Shown here: in pieces, positions 13,644-27,800 of the stretch
Numbering within the stretch: position 1 is the stretch's first letter
Layout of the letters: each line of letters starts with the position of its first letter
DNA from: Eledone cirrhosa
Taxonomy: Eukaryota
Length of the DNA stretch: 64,000 nt
NCBI GenBank assembly: GCA_964016885.1
Contig: OZ024740.1
Location: forward strand, 107,322,001-107,386,000
Direction: 5' to 3'
Notes under the pieces: model-generated
Database searches by the model: none
The model's input: only the letters and a program-made list of their open reading frames with translations
What the model was told of the DNA's origin: nothing
Made by a program: the position numbers and the translations under genes

Positions 13644-14778
13644 ATAATAATAAATGTGAAGACTAAAATCCAAAGAGGGCTCGATAAGGATAAATATATA
13701 TCAAATATATAAGAACCCTAGAGCAAATATTTATTAAAATAACAAATTAAAGTTTAAGCAAAGAATCGCTGCTTTCACCCTTAACTTCAGAAGATGCCAT
13801 TAAGGGTGAAAGCAGCGATTCTTTAAACTTTAATTTGTTATTTTAATATATATATGTATATATATATATACGAGGGTCCAAGGAAAAGTTCATAGGCTGG
13901 CTAAGATACTCTCACGGAATGACCAAATGAGGTTTATTTATCAACATAGTTTCTGGAGAGAAACAATGCAGTTATTAATAAGATGAATCTAAATTAATGC
14001 ATGCAAGATTTTACAGCTCAAGCATCACTCCTTCATAGTCAACCTATGATGAACTCTTCAGCCCAACCTCGTATATTAGAAGCTAAAGCCACTTGAATAA
14101 TAGCACCAATTTCAGATCAAGGTACATAACTCTGCATATTCTAATTTGCCTGACTAATAAAAACAGGCTCTATTCTTACTTCACTTGACTGAGTAGTGAG
14201 CAACAGTAGAAAAGTATTCTAATTCTACAATAAATTACATTTTGCTGATGCAATTAAAGAAAAATAGTTGCAAAACAATATATATATTAAGAATAAAACA
14301 GAGTTTCATATTGAGGTCTTTATTGATTATGCTCAGTTTCGAATGTTTAACAAATGAATGGCTCAAGTTATTTGAGTTATAGACCAGTCCCAATCTGCTC
14401 AACAAACTTGTTAATCAAGCAAAACCAGAATCTCATCGTTTTGTTCTTTTTAATGCATACACTTAGTTATAGCATAGAATGCTAATACTGCTAACCCTTC
14501 CTTGATAAACCTAAAATTTACTGAATCATGTAATATATATATATAATTAGTAATGTAAGTAATGATTTTATGTCTTGTCATCATCATCATCATCATCGTT
14601 TAACGTCTATCTTCCACGCTAGCATGGGTTTAGTATCTATTACAAAATATAATTATTGTTGTTTCTGTAATATTATCATATGAGTATGCTCTGAAATATA
14701 TTTTTCACATCCTATTTCCATTGAGCTTTTATGGAACAATGAGATCAATATGCTTTTGTTTTGATTTATTTATGCCTG

Positions 14779-14831
<53 letters not shown>

Positions 14832-15178
14832 CCACCCTTGAAAGCAGGGAAAAGCGGACATAAAATGATGATGATGATGATGATGATAGTGTAGGTAGTA
14901 CGGTGAAATACTGGTGTTGGTACCAAATCAAGCATTCTATGCAAAGGCAGAGTGTATATAATAGAAAAAAACCGCCACACACAAAAAAATAGGGCCAATG
15001 CCTATATATATATACAAAAATATATCTTTTGTCGCATCACCAGTCTAGGAGCAGATTGATACTGGAGTCGGGTCCATAACTCCTATGATTCCCCTTCAGC
15101 CAATACTCTGCGAAACACACGTGACAGATCGATGCACAATAAATATTTTTCATATGTAAACAAAACTTCTCTTTTTTC

Positions 15179-15230
<52 letters not shown>

Positions 15231-18200
15231 CACCTTTCCAAGACAATGTCACTGGACCGAGATCTTTGGCACTACACTGTAATACAGAAGACCCGCCTTA
15301 CCTAAGTACAAAGTGAAACCTACTACAGTCCGTAGGCACCTCTAACAAAATACACCCCCGTCCCACTACCCCCACCCCATCCACACCACCCCTTTCGATG
15401 TAAAGTTATGTTGGTGCCACAACATCCAGTCCGAAACAAATGAGATCGTGTAGGTGTCACGACAAAAAACACAGTCCACGCTGTAATGTGGCCGTGTAGG
15501 TAACACGGTAAAAACCTCCCAGTCCACACTGTAAACGTGGTTGGTGTTAGAAGGGCATCCAGCCGTAGAAAACCCGCCAGACAGTCCTATGCAAGCAAGA
15601 CAACCACTCTTGCCTCAAGTGGGAAAACTCCCATCCAAACCCATGCAAGCGTGGAAGATGGACGTTAAACGATAATGATGATATATCAATGAATCTTAAC
15701 CATGTCAGGGTTGAAGATAGCTCAGTACCTCTGAAATATGTATATTAAAATATACTTGATCACATGAATGTCTATTTTTGTTAATATTTTGAATTAATAT
15801 TAATAACTCCAGAAAACCATTTCTGTTGAGTGCTTCCAATCTATTGCAAAACTCATTCTTTGATTTATTCATTGAACCTTGTTTAACCTTTAAATATATA
15901 TATATATATATCATTCATCATTCATTTCATTTTACGTCCGCTTTTTCCCTACTTGCAAGGGTGAAACGGGAACTGATTCTGGCTTGATTTCTACAGCTGG
16001 ATGCCCTTCCTAACATCAACCTTATTTACAGCGAGTGCTGGGTGCTTTTTTTGCCGTGACACCTCCACGACCACTTTGCAGTGGAATGATATGGACCCCA
16101 GTCCCTATCATCTCATTTCTATAGCTGAGTAAGCTGGAGCAATGTGAAATAAAGTGTCTTGCTCAAGGAAACAACACATCACCCGGTCTGCGAATTGAAC
16201 TCACAACCTTTCGATTGCAAAGCCAATGCTCTAACCACTAAGCCATGTGCCTCCATATATATATATATATATATATATCGTCCATGTTCCACGCTTGCAT
16301 GGGTTTGGACGGGCGTTTTCCCACTTGAGGCAAGAGTGGTTGTCTTGCTCGCATAGGACTGTCAGGCGGGTTTTCTACAGCTGGATGCCCTTCCTAACAC
16401 CAACCACATTTACAGTGTGGGACTGGGAGGTTTTTACCGTGTTGCCTACACGGCCACATTACAGCGTGGACTGTGTGTTTTTTTGTCGTGACACCTACAC
16501 GATCTCATTTGTTTCGGCCTGGATGTTGTGGCACCAACATAACTTTACATTGAAAGGGGCGGTGGATGGGGTGGGGTGGGGGGTGGGACGGGGGGTGTAT
16601 TTTGTTAGAGATGCCTACTGACTGTAGTAGGTTTTACTTTGTATTTAGGTAAGGCGGGTCTTCTCTATTACTGAGTACCGCCAAAGATCTCGGTCCAGTG
16701 ACATTGTCTTGGAGAGGTGTAAGTGTGTGAGGTCGGAATTTATCAGGTCGTCCCAGGTTTTTCTGGGTCTGCCTACTCCGTGGCTACCGTCTATCTTTAT
16801 TGCCCTGCACTTTTTTATACAGCTGTCGTCTTTCATGTGCATCACGTGACCATACCAACGTAGCCTTCTCTCGAGTAAACAACATCTGATCCCTCTTATT
16901 TCTAATTTTTCCCTTAGTTCGTTTATGCTTTGCCGTTCACGTATATTACTATTACACATCCAGCGGAGCATGCAAGCTTCGTTCCTCTCTAGTCTGCGTA
17001 TATCTTCTGCACACAATGCCCAGGTCTCACTGCCATGCAACATTGCTGTTCGTATGTAGGCATCATACAGCCTGCCTTTCATTTTTAGGGAGAACCCTTT
17101 AGCGGCTAATAGTGGTATAAGCTCTCTGAACTTTTTCCATCCAGTTCTGACTCTAGCTACTGTACTTTCAGAGCACCCTCCCCCACTGCTGATTTTGTCA
17201 CCCAGGTAATGGAAGCTGTCCACTATTTCTATAGAACCCTCTCCGCAATTGAAAGAGCTAGTATTTTGTGGGCACTTGCTGCTACTTATTGCACCAGAGC
17301 ACCAGCCACATGTAAAATCTATGTTCTTAGTTAGCTTACCTGTGATTCCACTACATCTTTTATGCACCCATACTTTGCATTTGGGACATAAAATGGAGTT
17401 TCTACCTACGCCTTTCCTACACACTGAGCATGGCCATTTCCCGGAAGGGACCGGCGCCTTATTTTCTTTCCTACAAACTAGAACTTTAGTCTTAGCCAGG
17501 TTAATTTTAAGGTCTTTTGATTCTAGGCCGTGCTTCCATGTTTGGAATTTCTTCTCTAGCTCGGCCATTGATTCGGCTATGAGCGTTAGATCATCTGCGT
17601 CTAGAAGTTCCCATGGGCAGCCGCTCTTGAACTCCACTGTTATAGCCTGAAGGGCAATAATAAATAGTAGGGGGCTAAGAACAGAGCCCTGATGAACACC
17701 AACATTTACGCTAAACTCTTCACTATATTCGTTGTTAATTCTAACCTTGCTGACTGTTTCTTTATACATGGCTTGTATAGCTCTCACAAACCATTCATCA
17801 ACACCTAGTTTTCTAAGAGCCCTCCAGATAATGGAACGGGGGACTCTGTCGAAGGCTTTCTCCAAGTCGACAAAAGCTAAGTATAGGGGTTTACTTTTAG
17901 CTAGGTACTTCTCCTGTAGTTGTCGTACAATGAAAAGAGCGTCTGTGGTACTTTTGCCTGACACAAACCCGAACTGCATTTCATCTAGATCAATTCTCTC
18001 TCTGATTACTATTACTTTTTCCGTGACCTTCATGACCTGGTCGATTAATTTAATGCCTCTATAGTTACTCCTATCTAGGGCATCTCCTTTACCCTTGTAA
18101 CAGTTAATGATGATGCCGCTACGCCAGTCCTTCGGAACAACCCCATTCTGTATGACTTGGTTTACTATCCGGGTGACCATGGTGTGTCCCACCGTTCCAG

Positions 18201-21200
18201 AGGCTTTCAGCATCTCAGCAACTATTTCCGAAGGCCCAGCCGCCTTACCCGTCTTCATATCTTTGATTGCCTTACTTATTATACTACCTTCAACTTGCAC
18301 TGCTGGTCCCTCTATTGGGTCGATGTGGGGGGGGACTGTCCTTCTCCCATTTATTCTCCTCATTTAGTAGCCTTTCGTAGTGACACTTCCAAGCTACCTT
18401 CTTATCAGCATCAGTGATGGCAAGTACGCCGTCATTATTTAGTACACACTTCTCCCCGACAATATCACGGTTTTCCTTGACACATTGCCTAGCAATCCTG
18501 AACACCTCACGTTTTTGGTCCTCGCGTTGTAGAACATGCTTGAACTTTCTTTCCTCTGCTTCCCCTCTTGCGAAGTACACTTGTCTCCTAGCTTCCCTCC
18601 TGGCCACTTGATAGTCTTCTCTACTTCCCCCATCCCACCATACTTTCCAAGCCTGCTTTTTGGCCTAAATTGACTCCTCCACCTTACTGTTCTACCACCA
18701 TGTTACTCTCCTCCTGCCTACAGGCCTGCTCCAGCCACAGACTTCGTCTGCCGCCATCAGCAGGTTTGCTTTCAGGAATTCCCACTGTTCCTCTAGATTG
18801 TACGACTCTAAATGCTCTTCCTTACTGTCGAAAGCATCAAGTAATATGCTTTTAAATTTATTTCTGGCTGTGGGGTCCTTTAGCTTCCATATTTTTCTCC
18901 TGAGGATAGTCCTCTTCTGCTGTCGAGTACGTCTCGTCCTGACTATGAGGTCGCTAATTATCAGTCTATGTTGGGAGGTGCATTCTTCATGGGGGAGGGA
19001 TTTAGTGTTTACAACAGACACTCTGTCGCGTCTTCTGGTAAGGATATAATCTACCTGGCTGGTATGTTCCCCTGATCTGTAGGTGATCAAGTGATTGTCT
19101 CGTTTTTTGAAGTTAGTGTTACAGATTGTTAGGTTATTTGCGTCACAGAATTCCAGGATTCTGGAGCCTTCCTCATTTCTAGTACCAAACCCATAGCCTC
19201 CGTGGATTCCATCATAGCCGTCACAATGTTGTCCAACGTGACCATTTAGGTCGCCAGCAATAATTATATAGTCACTGTCGGTTATTGGGAGGTAGTGAGC
19301 ATCAGTGTCTCATAGAAACTGTCTTTTATAGCGCCAGGCAGTCCGGATTGGGGCGCGTACTCAGATATTATCGTCACAGTAGTTCTATTTAGAACAAGTC
19401 TTATTTTAATTATTCTGTCGTTTACTCTATTTACGTCTATTATCTTATCCACCCATTTTTCTGCTAACATGATTCCTACCCCACCCAGCCCATTGTCATT
19501 TCCCACCAGAAAAGCTTATAGCATCGTTTTTTCTTTTGCCCACAATGAATCTAGCAGACTCGCCCCTCCACCTGGTCTCTTGGATACAGCAGACATCAAC
19601 CTCCTTACGTTCAAGCATTTCTACAACCTCGTTAGAGCGGCTTTTTAAGGTCCCTACATTCATGGTACCAACTATGAAGTTTTGGATTACGTTTGGTGGG
19701 TGGGGTGCCGGGAGGGGTGAGGTGGATGGGGTTGGGTTTATGTTGGCCATCCGCGGCCGCAACAAAGAGTATATATATATATAGATATATATATATATAT
19801 GTGCCACACACTTACACCTCTCCAAGACAATGTCACTGGACCGAGACCTTTGGCGGTACTCAGTAACAGAGAAGACCCGCCTTACCTAAATACATAGTAA
19901 AACCTACTACAGCCAGTAGGCATCTCTAACAAAATACCCCCCCCCCCCCCGTCCCACCACCCCCAACCCATCCACGCCACCCCGTTCTATGTAAAGTTGT
20001 GCTGGTGCCACACCATCCAGGCCGAAACAAATGAGATCGTGTAGGTGTCACGACAAAAAAACACACAGTCCACGCTGTAATGTGGCCGTGTAGGCAACAC
20101 GGTAAAAACCTCCCAGACCCACACTGTAAATGTGGTTGGTGTTAGGAAGGGCATCCAACTGTAGAAAACCTGCCAGACAGTCCTATGCGAGCAAGACAAT
20201 CACTCTTGCCTCAAGTGGGACTACCCCCGTCCAAACCCATGCAAGCGTGGAACACGGACGTTAAACGTTGATGATGATGATGATGATGATGTGTGTGTGT
20301 GTGAAGGCGCATGGCTTAGTGGTTAGAGCAGTAGGCTTGCAATTGAAAGGTTGTGAGTTCAATTCTCGGACAAGGTGATGTGTTGTTTCCTTGAGCAAGA
20401 CACTTTATTTCACGTTGCTCCAGTTTACTCAGCTGAAAATGAGTACCAGCAATAGCTGGAGGTTTAACCCTGCGGTGGACTGGCGTCCTGTCCAGGGGGT
20501 AGTTTTGTATTCTCAGTCGCTTCACGCCATGAAACCAGGATAAGTACCGGCCAAATGAACCTTCTGGCTGAAGACAGACTTTAGACTTACGGCCCACCCA
20601 CCCAGCCAGTGGGATGGCGTCATCGTATGGCTAAAACAGCACGTGCTGTGACCACCAGCGGCACTGAATGGCGCCCGACAGACTGGTCGGTCAAGGTGAT
20701 TCATTCATTCATTCATTTCATTTTACGTCCACTTTTTCCCTGCTTGCAAGGGTGGGACGGGAACTGATTTTGGCTTGATTTCTACAGCTGGATGCCCTTC
20801 CTAACACCAACCTCATTTACAGTGAGTGGTGGGTGCTTTTTTGCCGTGGTACCTCCACGACCACTTTGCAGTGGAATGATATGGACCCCAGTCCCTATCA
20901 TCTCATTTCTACAGCTGAGTAAACTGGAACAATGTGAAATAAAGTGTCTTGCTCAAGGAAACAACACATCACCCATATGATGTTGACAGACACGAGAATG
21001 AGTACTCAATACCAAAGTAGAGTAGTAGAGTTCAATAACATTTAAACAGTACCTGGAGAAATTCCTTCTAGAAATACCATATAAACCACCTGTACTTGAA
21101 TATGTTTCAAACAAAAACAACTTCCTACATGAGTGGGCTACAGTGTCCAAATTATGGCTTAAAAAACTTCACTCGGTGGTGCTATTTAGTTAGACATGGC

Positions 21201-23436
21201 TCAAGCTAATGCTGGCCAAAAGTTATCTAAGTTATATATGTATGTGTAAGATTACAAACAATAGAAATAACATTTGAATGCATGATATTTTATAATGCTG
21301 CAATTCAACTTACATATTAATTCTCTAGAAATTTGGGAAGATAATCTTTTTTCATCATTAAAGCCACCAGCTAATGTGAGTTCAAATCTGAAAAATATAA
21401 TATTATTTTTATGGGAAGTTAAATCACCCTAAAAGAATGTGATATGAAAAGGAGCTGATCTTTAGACTGGACCAAGAAAACTAAGTTTCCATTGGTCTCT
21501 CCATTAGTGAGTATGTCTGTCAGCCACAACTCCTAACATACCTATCACTGCTTCTCTGGTGAGAGGAGACAGAATATAAACAACAAATACAAAAAACCGG
21601 ACACCACAAAAGCATCCCATCTAACTCTTTAATAAATCCACCAAGAAGAAGGAGAAGAAGAAAGAGGAGAAGAAGGAGGAGAAGGAGAAGAAGAAGGGGG
21701 AGGGGGAGAAGAAGAAGAAGAAGAAGAAGGCCCTGTCCTAAATAAAAGGCACANNNNNNNNNNNNNNNNNNNNNNNNNNNNNNNNNNNNNNNNNNNNNNN
21801 NNNNNNNNNNNNNNNNNNNNNNNNNNNNNNNNNNNNNNNNNNNNNNNNNNNNNNNNNNNNNNNNNNNNNNNNNNNNNNNNNNNNNNNNNNNNNNNNNNNN
21901 NNNNNNNNNNNNNNNNNNNNNNNNNNNNNNNNNNNNNNNNNNNNNNNNNNNNNCAGACTAAAAGAAAAGTTGAGCATAAGAGAGATTAGATGCAGTGTAC
22001 AAGAGAAAAGACTGTGTTGGTATGGCCATGTGATGTGTGTGAAGGATGGGAGTCTAAGACAGTGAAAGTTGATGGAAACTGTGGAAGAGGTAGACATTGG
22101 AAAATTTGGGGTGATGTGGTAAAAGCTGACTTCACAAAGGAGATGACACAGGATCTAGACACCTAGCTAATGGCTATACAACAGAAGACTTGCCTTCTCG
22201 CACAAGCTGGATTAAATGCAAGCAGACAGGTGTAACATCTATAGGTCCCCCACTACCAATATGCCTCCAGATAGGTGCAACAACATTATTTAGTCCCCCA
22301 CTACTAATATGCCTCCTCCCAATTACCCTTCCTCACTATCTAACCCCTGCCTTGTTTCCCCACCCCTCCCCATATACATCCCTGATTTCTTCTTTCTCAC
22401 CCAGCCCATGAATGAAAGGAAAGATGGATGCGTCTATGTAATGTACTGCCAGACATAACTTACCTTGCTATATATATATATATATAATTATATATATATA
22501 TATATAACAAAGAAAGTGTGGTAAGAAACCAGGTGGACCATAATGCACCAGAGTACTCGATAATTAGGGTAGTAAAGTGGGTAATAGGAAAAGAGTCAGC
22601 ACCCCGACAGCTGAGCTCCGGCTGTTTCGACAGCTAGCTAATTCAGTCTGAAACTAGATGTTGAAACAGCAAGAATTCAACCATCAGGCACCAATTCTTT
22701 ATGATATAGCCATACTCTATCTACTATACCCAATATTGAGTATTCTGTTGAGTAATGGTCTAACTAGTTTTAAACTGGTTCTATCCTGACATACATACGG
22801 AGGCACATGGCTTAGTTACTCAGCTGTAGAAATGAGATGATAGGGACTGGAGTCCCTATCATTCCACTGCAAAGTGGTCATGGAGGTGCCATGGCAAAAA
22901 AACACCCAGCTCTCACTGTAAATTGGTCGTGTTGGCGCCACGGAAAAAAAAAGCACCCCCGCACTCACTGTAAATGAGGTTGGTGTTAGGAAGGGCATCC
23001 AGCTGTAGAAATCAAGCTAGAAGCAGTTCCCGTCCCACCCTTGCAAGTAGGGAAAAGCGGATGTAAAATGAAATGAATGAATATATATATATACATACAT
23101 ACAGTCATATAAGTATGTATGTATTTTTTTTTAAATGATCGACAAGATCCCAGGCTTCATTTGAAGTGGGGTGGAACTCATCAAATCGGACCAAGGAAAT
23201 AATATTACCATTTGTCTTTCCATTGCTGACACTATCTACAAGTTGCAATGTCTAGGGGAAGTATGTATGTGTATGTATATGTGTGTGTGTGTGTATCATC
23301 ATCATCACCGTTTTATGTCCATTCTTCCACGCTAGCATGGGTTGGACGGGTTGTCCTGTTGTGGACAGTGCCAGGTCGGGTGACCTTGTCTTGCTCATAC
23401 GGGAAATGATTTTGGCTTGATTTCTACAGCTGGATG

Positions 23437-23468
<32 letters not shown>

Positions 23469-24796
23469 CATATGCATGCTCCAGTGGATGTGTAATGTTA
23501 GTATGCATGAATATGAATGCACAAGTCAACTGAGAGAAAAGCTGAGTATGTAAGAGGAATCACAAGTATGGAAACATGACGTGTAAGGTGAGTGAGAGCT
23601 GTATAAAAAAATATGAAGGTGTATAAAAAAATTAGATGGAACCTGTGGGAGAGAAGGACAAAGGAAGAAATTGGATGAAGTTGTGAAGAATGAGCTCAAG
23701 AAACTGAACCTTGTAAAGATACAAAGAATTGAGTTAACAAAAAAATTGCTATACTACAAAAGACCTGCCCACCAGTACAAACACTGAAACACTAAAAGTA
23801 AATAAGATGAAAGATGAAAAACTATGGAGTGGAGAGGGGCTTTTAGATTACCATGAATGGTATCACAATAGTATGTAACCCCCTATTACCTGGTAGACAA
23901 ACAAATCAAGACTACAAATGATAGAGAAGTTCCTTTCATGGACTTGACAACCTCTCTAGTGTTGGTGCCATGATCAAATGCACCCAGTCCACTCTGTAAA
24001 GTGGTTGTAAGTTGAATGCAAACAATAGGGTCAAGAGGACTTTTTTGTCCTACCGAGTACATGACAACCTTCATAGTGCTAGTGCCGCAATAAAATGCAC
24101 CTAGTATACTCTGTAAACTGGTAATGCTAGCAGAGAAAATCAACATTATATGATGATGATGATATATTATTGATGATTGGGTAGTGAATTGCTGAAAAAC
24201 AAATCAAGATTATATTTAGAACTCATACTGATGTAATTTGAAACCATAGATTATATGTTGACCAGGATGATATTTAGAACTCATACTGATGTAATTTGAA
24301 ACCATGAGATTTGAAATTTCTTGTGGCTGATATAGCTGCAGCAGCTGTGGACAGACACACAGACAATGTGTTTACATATGCGTGTGTGTATATGTGTGTG
24401 TGTATGTATATATATATTGTTGGTACGATGACAAAAAGCACCCAGTCCACCCTGTAAAGTGCTTGGTATTAAGGACATCCAGCTGTAGAAACCAAGATGT
24501 AGTCACCTGACCAGTCAAGCCCCAGTATGTGACAGGTGTCTAACACATGCTAGCATGATAGACGTTAAAATATGATGGTACTGATAATGTATATATATAT
24601 TTGTGTTTGTATGTATATACACACACACATATATATATATTCACACATATATTGAAGCTCACGGTGGAGATGACGAAGGACCGTGACGAGTGGAGAGATG
24701 CTGTGCTGAATAAGACCCATCCCACCCTTGCAAGCAGGGAAAAGCGGACGTAAAATGATGATGATGATATATCATCATGTATGTATGTGTGTGATA

Positions 24797-24828
<32 letters not shown>

Positions 24829-27800
24829 ATATATATATATATTTTTTTTTAATCACAAAAACATCGAGCCCACACTGTAAAGTGGTTGTGTAGGTATCAC
24901 AACAGAAATCACCCACCCCACACTGTAAAGGTGGTCATGTAGGTGTCACGACTAAAAGCACCCTGCCCACACTGTAAAGTGGTTGTGTAGGAGTCATGAC
25001 AAAAAGCATCCAGCACACACTGTATATGTGGTTGACGTTAGGAAGGGCATCAAGCCAGAAACAGCCCTATATGAGCAAGACACGGTCACCTGACTCAACT
25101 TGCCTCTGATGGGTCAACCCATCTAACCCATGCTAGCGTGGAAAATGGACGTTAAACGATGATGATAATGATGTATAAATGTATTGAGTTTCACATGATT
25201 TTGTTCAGTAATGAATATGTATTTATTTATATATGAACTTTTATATATTTACACAAAGCAAGAATATATAAATATATAAAAGTTCATACATAAACAATTA
25301 CACATTCATTACTCTATAAAATCACACGTTAAATTCAATACATTTATACATATACACCCATGTGAATGTATACATTCATACAGAAGATATATTTATACAT
25401 TTATATACAGTGGAAATATATATATGGGTGTGTGTGTGCATAGAATACTTCACCTACACTACTTGTATGTGTGTGTGTGGTGACTACTACACATATGTTG
25501 TATCTATACTTATATATGCATGCAAGGGTATGTGGGACATGACCATTTGTGCTTTCGCATTTCTGTGTCTATTTTCCTTAATGAATTAGACCGGTAATTA
25601 ACACCGTTTTTATGCGCTGTCATTACCACTAGTTATCTCCCTTTTTGTTTTGTACGACTCGGTAATTTTATATTTGTAACGTCCAGTATTAACGCCCTAC
25701 TTAACTGGTAAATTTTTGATAACAGCTTATTCCAGTTAGAGAAAATTCAATCAAAGGGTTACTCGGTGGACATGTTGGTATTTCTGTCAATAAATACTGA
25801 CGCTTTGATCAGTTGTTTTTCCTGGATAATCATTGTTTATTACATCAATAATTGTTTCTACTTTAGCAAGTACCCAGTGCATTACTGGTACTTTATTTTA
25901 TCGACTTTATTTTATCAACCTCGGCGGGATTTGAACTCAGATCGTAAAGGGACGTAACTATGCTGGAAAGCATGGCGTCCGACCCTCTACCGATGCTGCC
26001 AGTAATAATGCCATTATTTTACCGTTAACTATGGACTAATTGTATATTTATATGCATTACTCGAAACGATTGTCGAAAAATAAATGTTTTCAAATTGATC
26101 GATATTTGTGGTTGACTAAACCTTGTGTAGAAATAAATTATTTCAAAGTCCCTCTTATAACATACACAATAACACCCACGAAATTGTTAACCATCTTGCC
26201 AACAACAACCCTGAGTACCTTTTTGATTTCCATGTGTGTAACACACGTGGGCATGCTCACAAAGTCAGAAAACAGCACAGTTCCCGTGACTTTCGGAAAC
26301 ATTTTTTCACGATCAGAGTTGCTGAAGCATGGAACAAACTACCTGCATCAGTTGTTAGCTGTCGAGACACTGCATCCTTTAAAACCTCCATACTTCTCGA
26401 GATTCGCCAACATTACACCTAATATTCCCCTTCCATACACATACACACATGTATATCATGACTCATACACTACTCACTTCCCTGACATTTGTATATTATT
26501 CTATGTATTATACATGCACCTTTGACGAGTTGTAGTGCACCTGAGCACTTTACACAATAATTTCATTATTATTATTATAACACAAATTAATTTGTAAAAT
26601 TGTGTGGTGATGGTGTTTCTTCTGGTCGAGGCTTTTTTTTAGCATACTTTCTGTGTAGATTTAGTTAACCTCTTAATAAGGTTACATTTCACAGGAAGTT
26701 TCTTGTGTTTTAAAATGTTAGCTATCTATTTAAAGCTGTATATAGCTATGGTGCGGCCACACTTAGAATTTGCATAACCAGTCTCAAACCCCTATCTTGC
26801 TCAGAACATTGACCGCCTGGAAACTGTTCAGAGACGTGCAACCAAGCGAATACCTCCATCAGGCATCTACCATACTCTGAACGCCTTGCTTCCCTGGGCA
26901 TGGATACATTGAAGCTCCGATGCCTGGCAACTAACTTGGTAAACACCCACAAAATTATTAACCATCTCGCCAACAACAACCCTGAGCACCTTTTTGATTT
27001 CCATCTGTCTAACACACGTAGGCATGCCTACAAAGTCAGAAAACAGCACAGCTCCCATGACTTTCGGAATCATTTTTTCATGCTCAGAGTTGCTGAAGTA
27101 TGGAACAAATTACCTGTATCAGTTGTTAGCTGTCGAGACACTGCATCCTTTAAAACCTCCATACTTCCAGAGATTCGCCAACACTGCACCTGATGTCCCC
27201 CCTCCATACACACGCACACATGTATTTCATGACTCATACACTATTCACTTCCCTGACATTTGTACATTATTCTATGTATTATACATGCACCTTTGATGAG
27301 TTGTAGCACACCTGAGCACTGTACACAATAATTTCATTATTATTATTATTATTTAAAGCCTCCACTACCACCACTTCTAATCCACCCAACATAACAAATA
27401 GATTTAATATAGTGTGATAGTGATATATAATATATGCTTCGACATTATTTCAATAGTTCAATAAACCAATTAATGAAATAACTAGAAATACAAACCTTGA
27501 TTTAAATACAGATGATTTAACTACAGATGGTTTAAATACAGATGACCTTAAACTCAAAACAAAAAAGAAAAAAATTTAATTGTAAAAATACTTCCACAAA
27601 AAAAAAAAATAACTGAAATAAACTATTTTTGAATTTAATTACATTTTTATATTTATTAATATCAACTTTTCAAACTACTTTGTTAGAATTAATTATATAT
27701 ATATATAGTTTTGGTACATGAATAATTTCAGAAAAGGACAAATATTCTAACTCTCATGAACATAATAAATTCATAAACTTTATTTTTACTCTTCAACCCA

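Noticed and set aside
15755-15840. [10 protein letters not shown] segment resembling NTAN1 exon 5
   Set aside because: A far better exon with GGF, correct phases and strong splice sites lies at 21314-21387.
16645-18363. 572-aa ORF as an active RT
   Set aside because: YADD is DADD and upstream frameshifts separate it from the endonuclease.
17249-18417. Plus-strand ORFs overlapping RTE copies
   Set aside because: Antisense shadows of the RT reading frame.
20303-20372. tRNA-like A/B-box sequences
   Set aside because: These are SINE heads continuing into SINE bodies; no complete cloverleaf.
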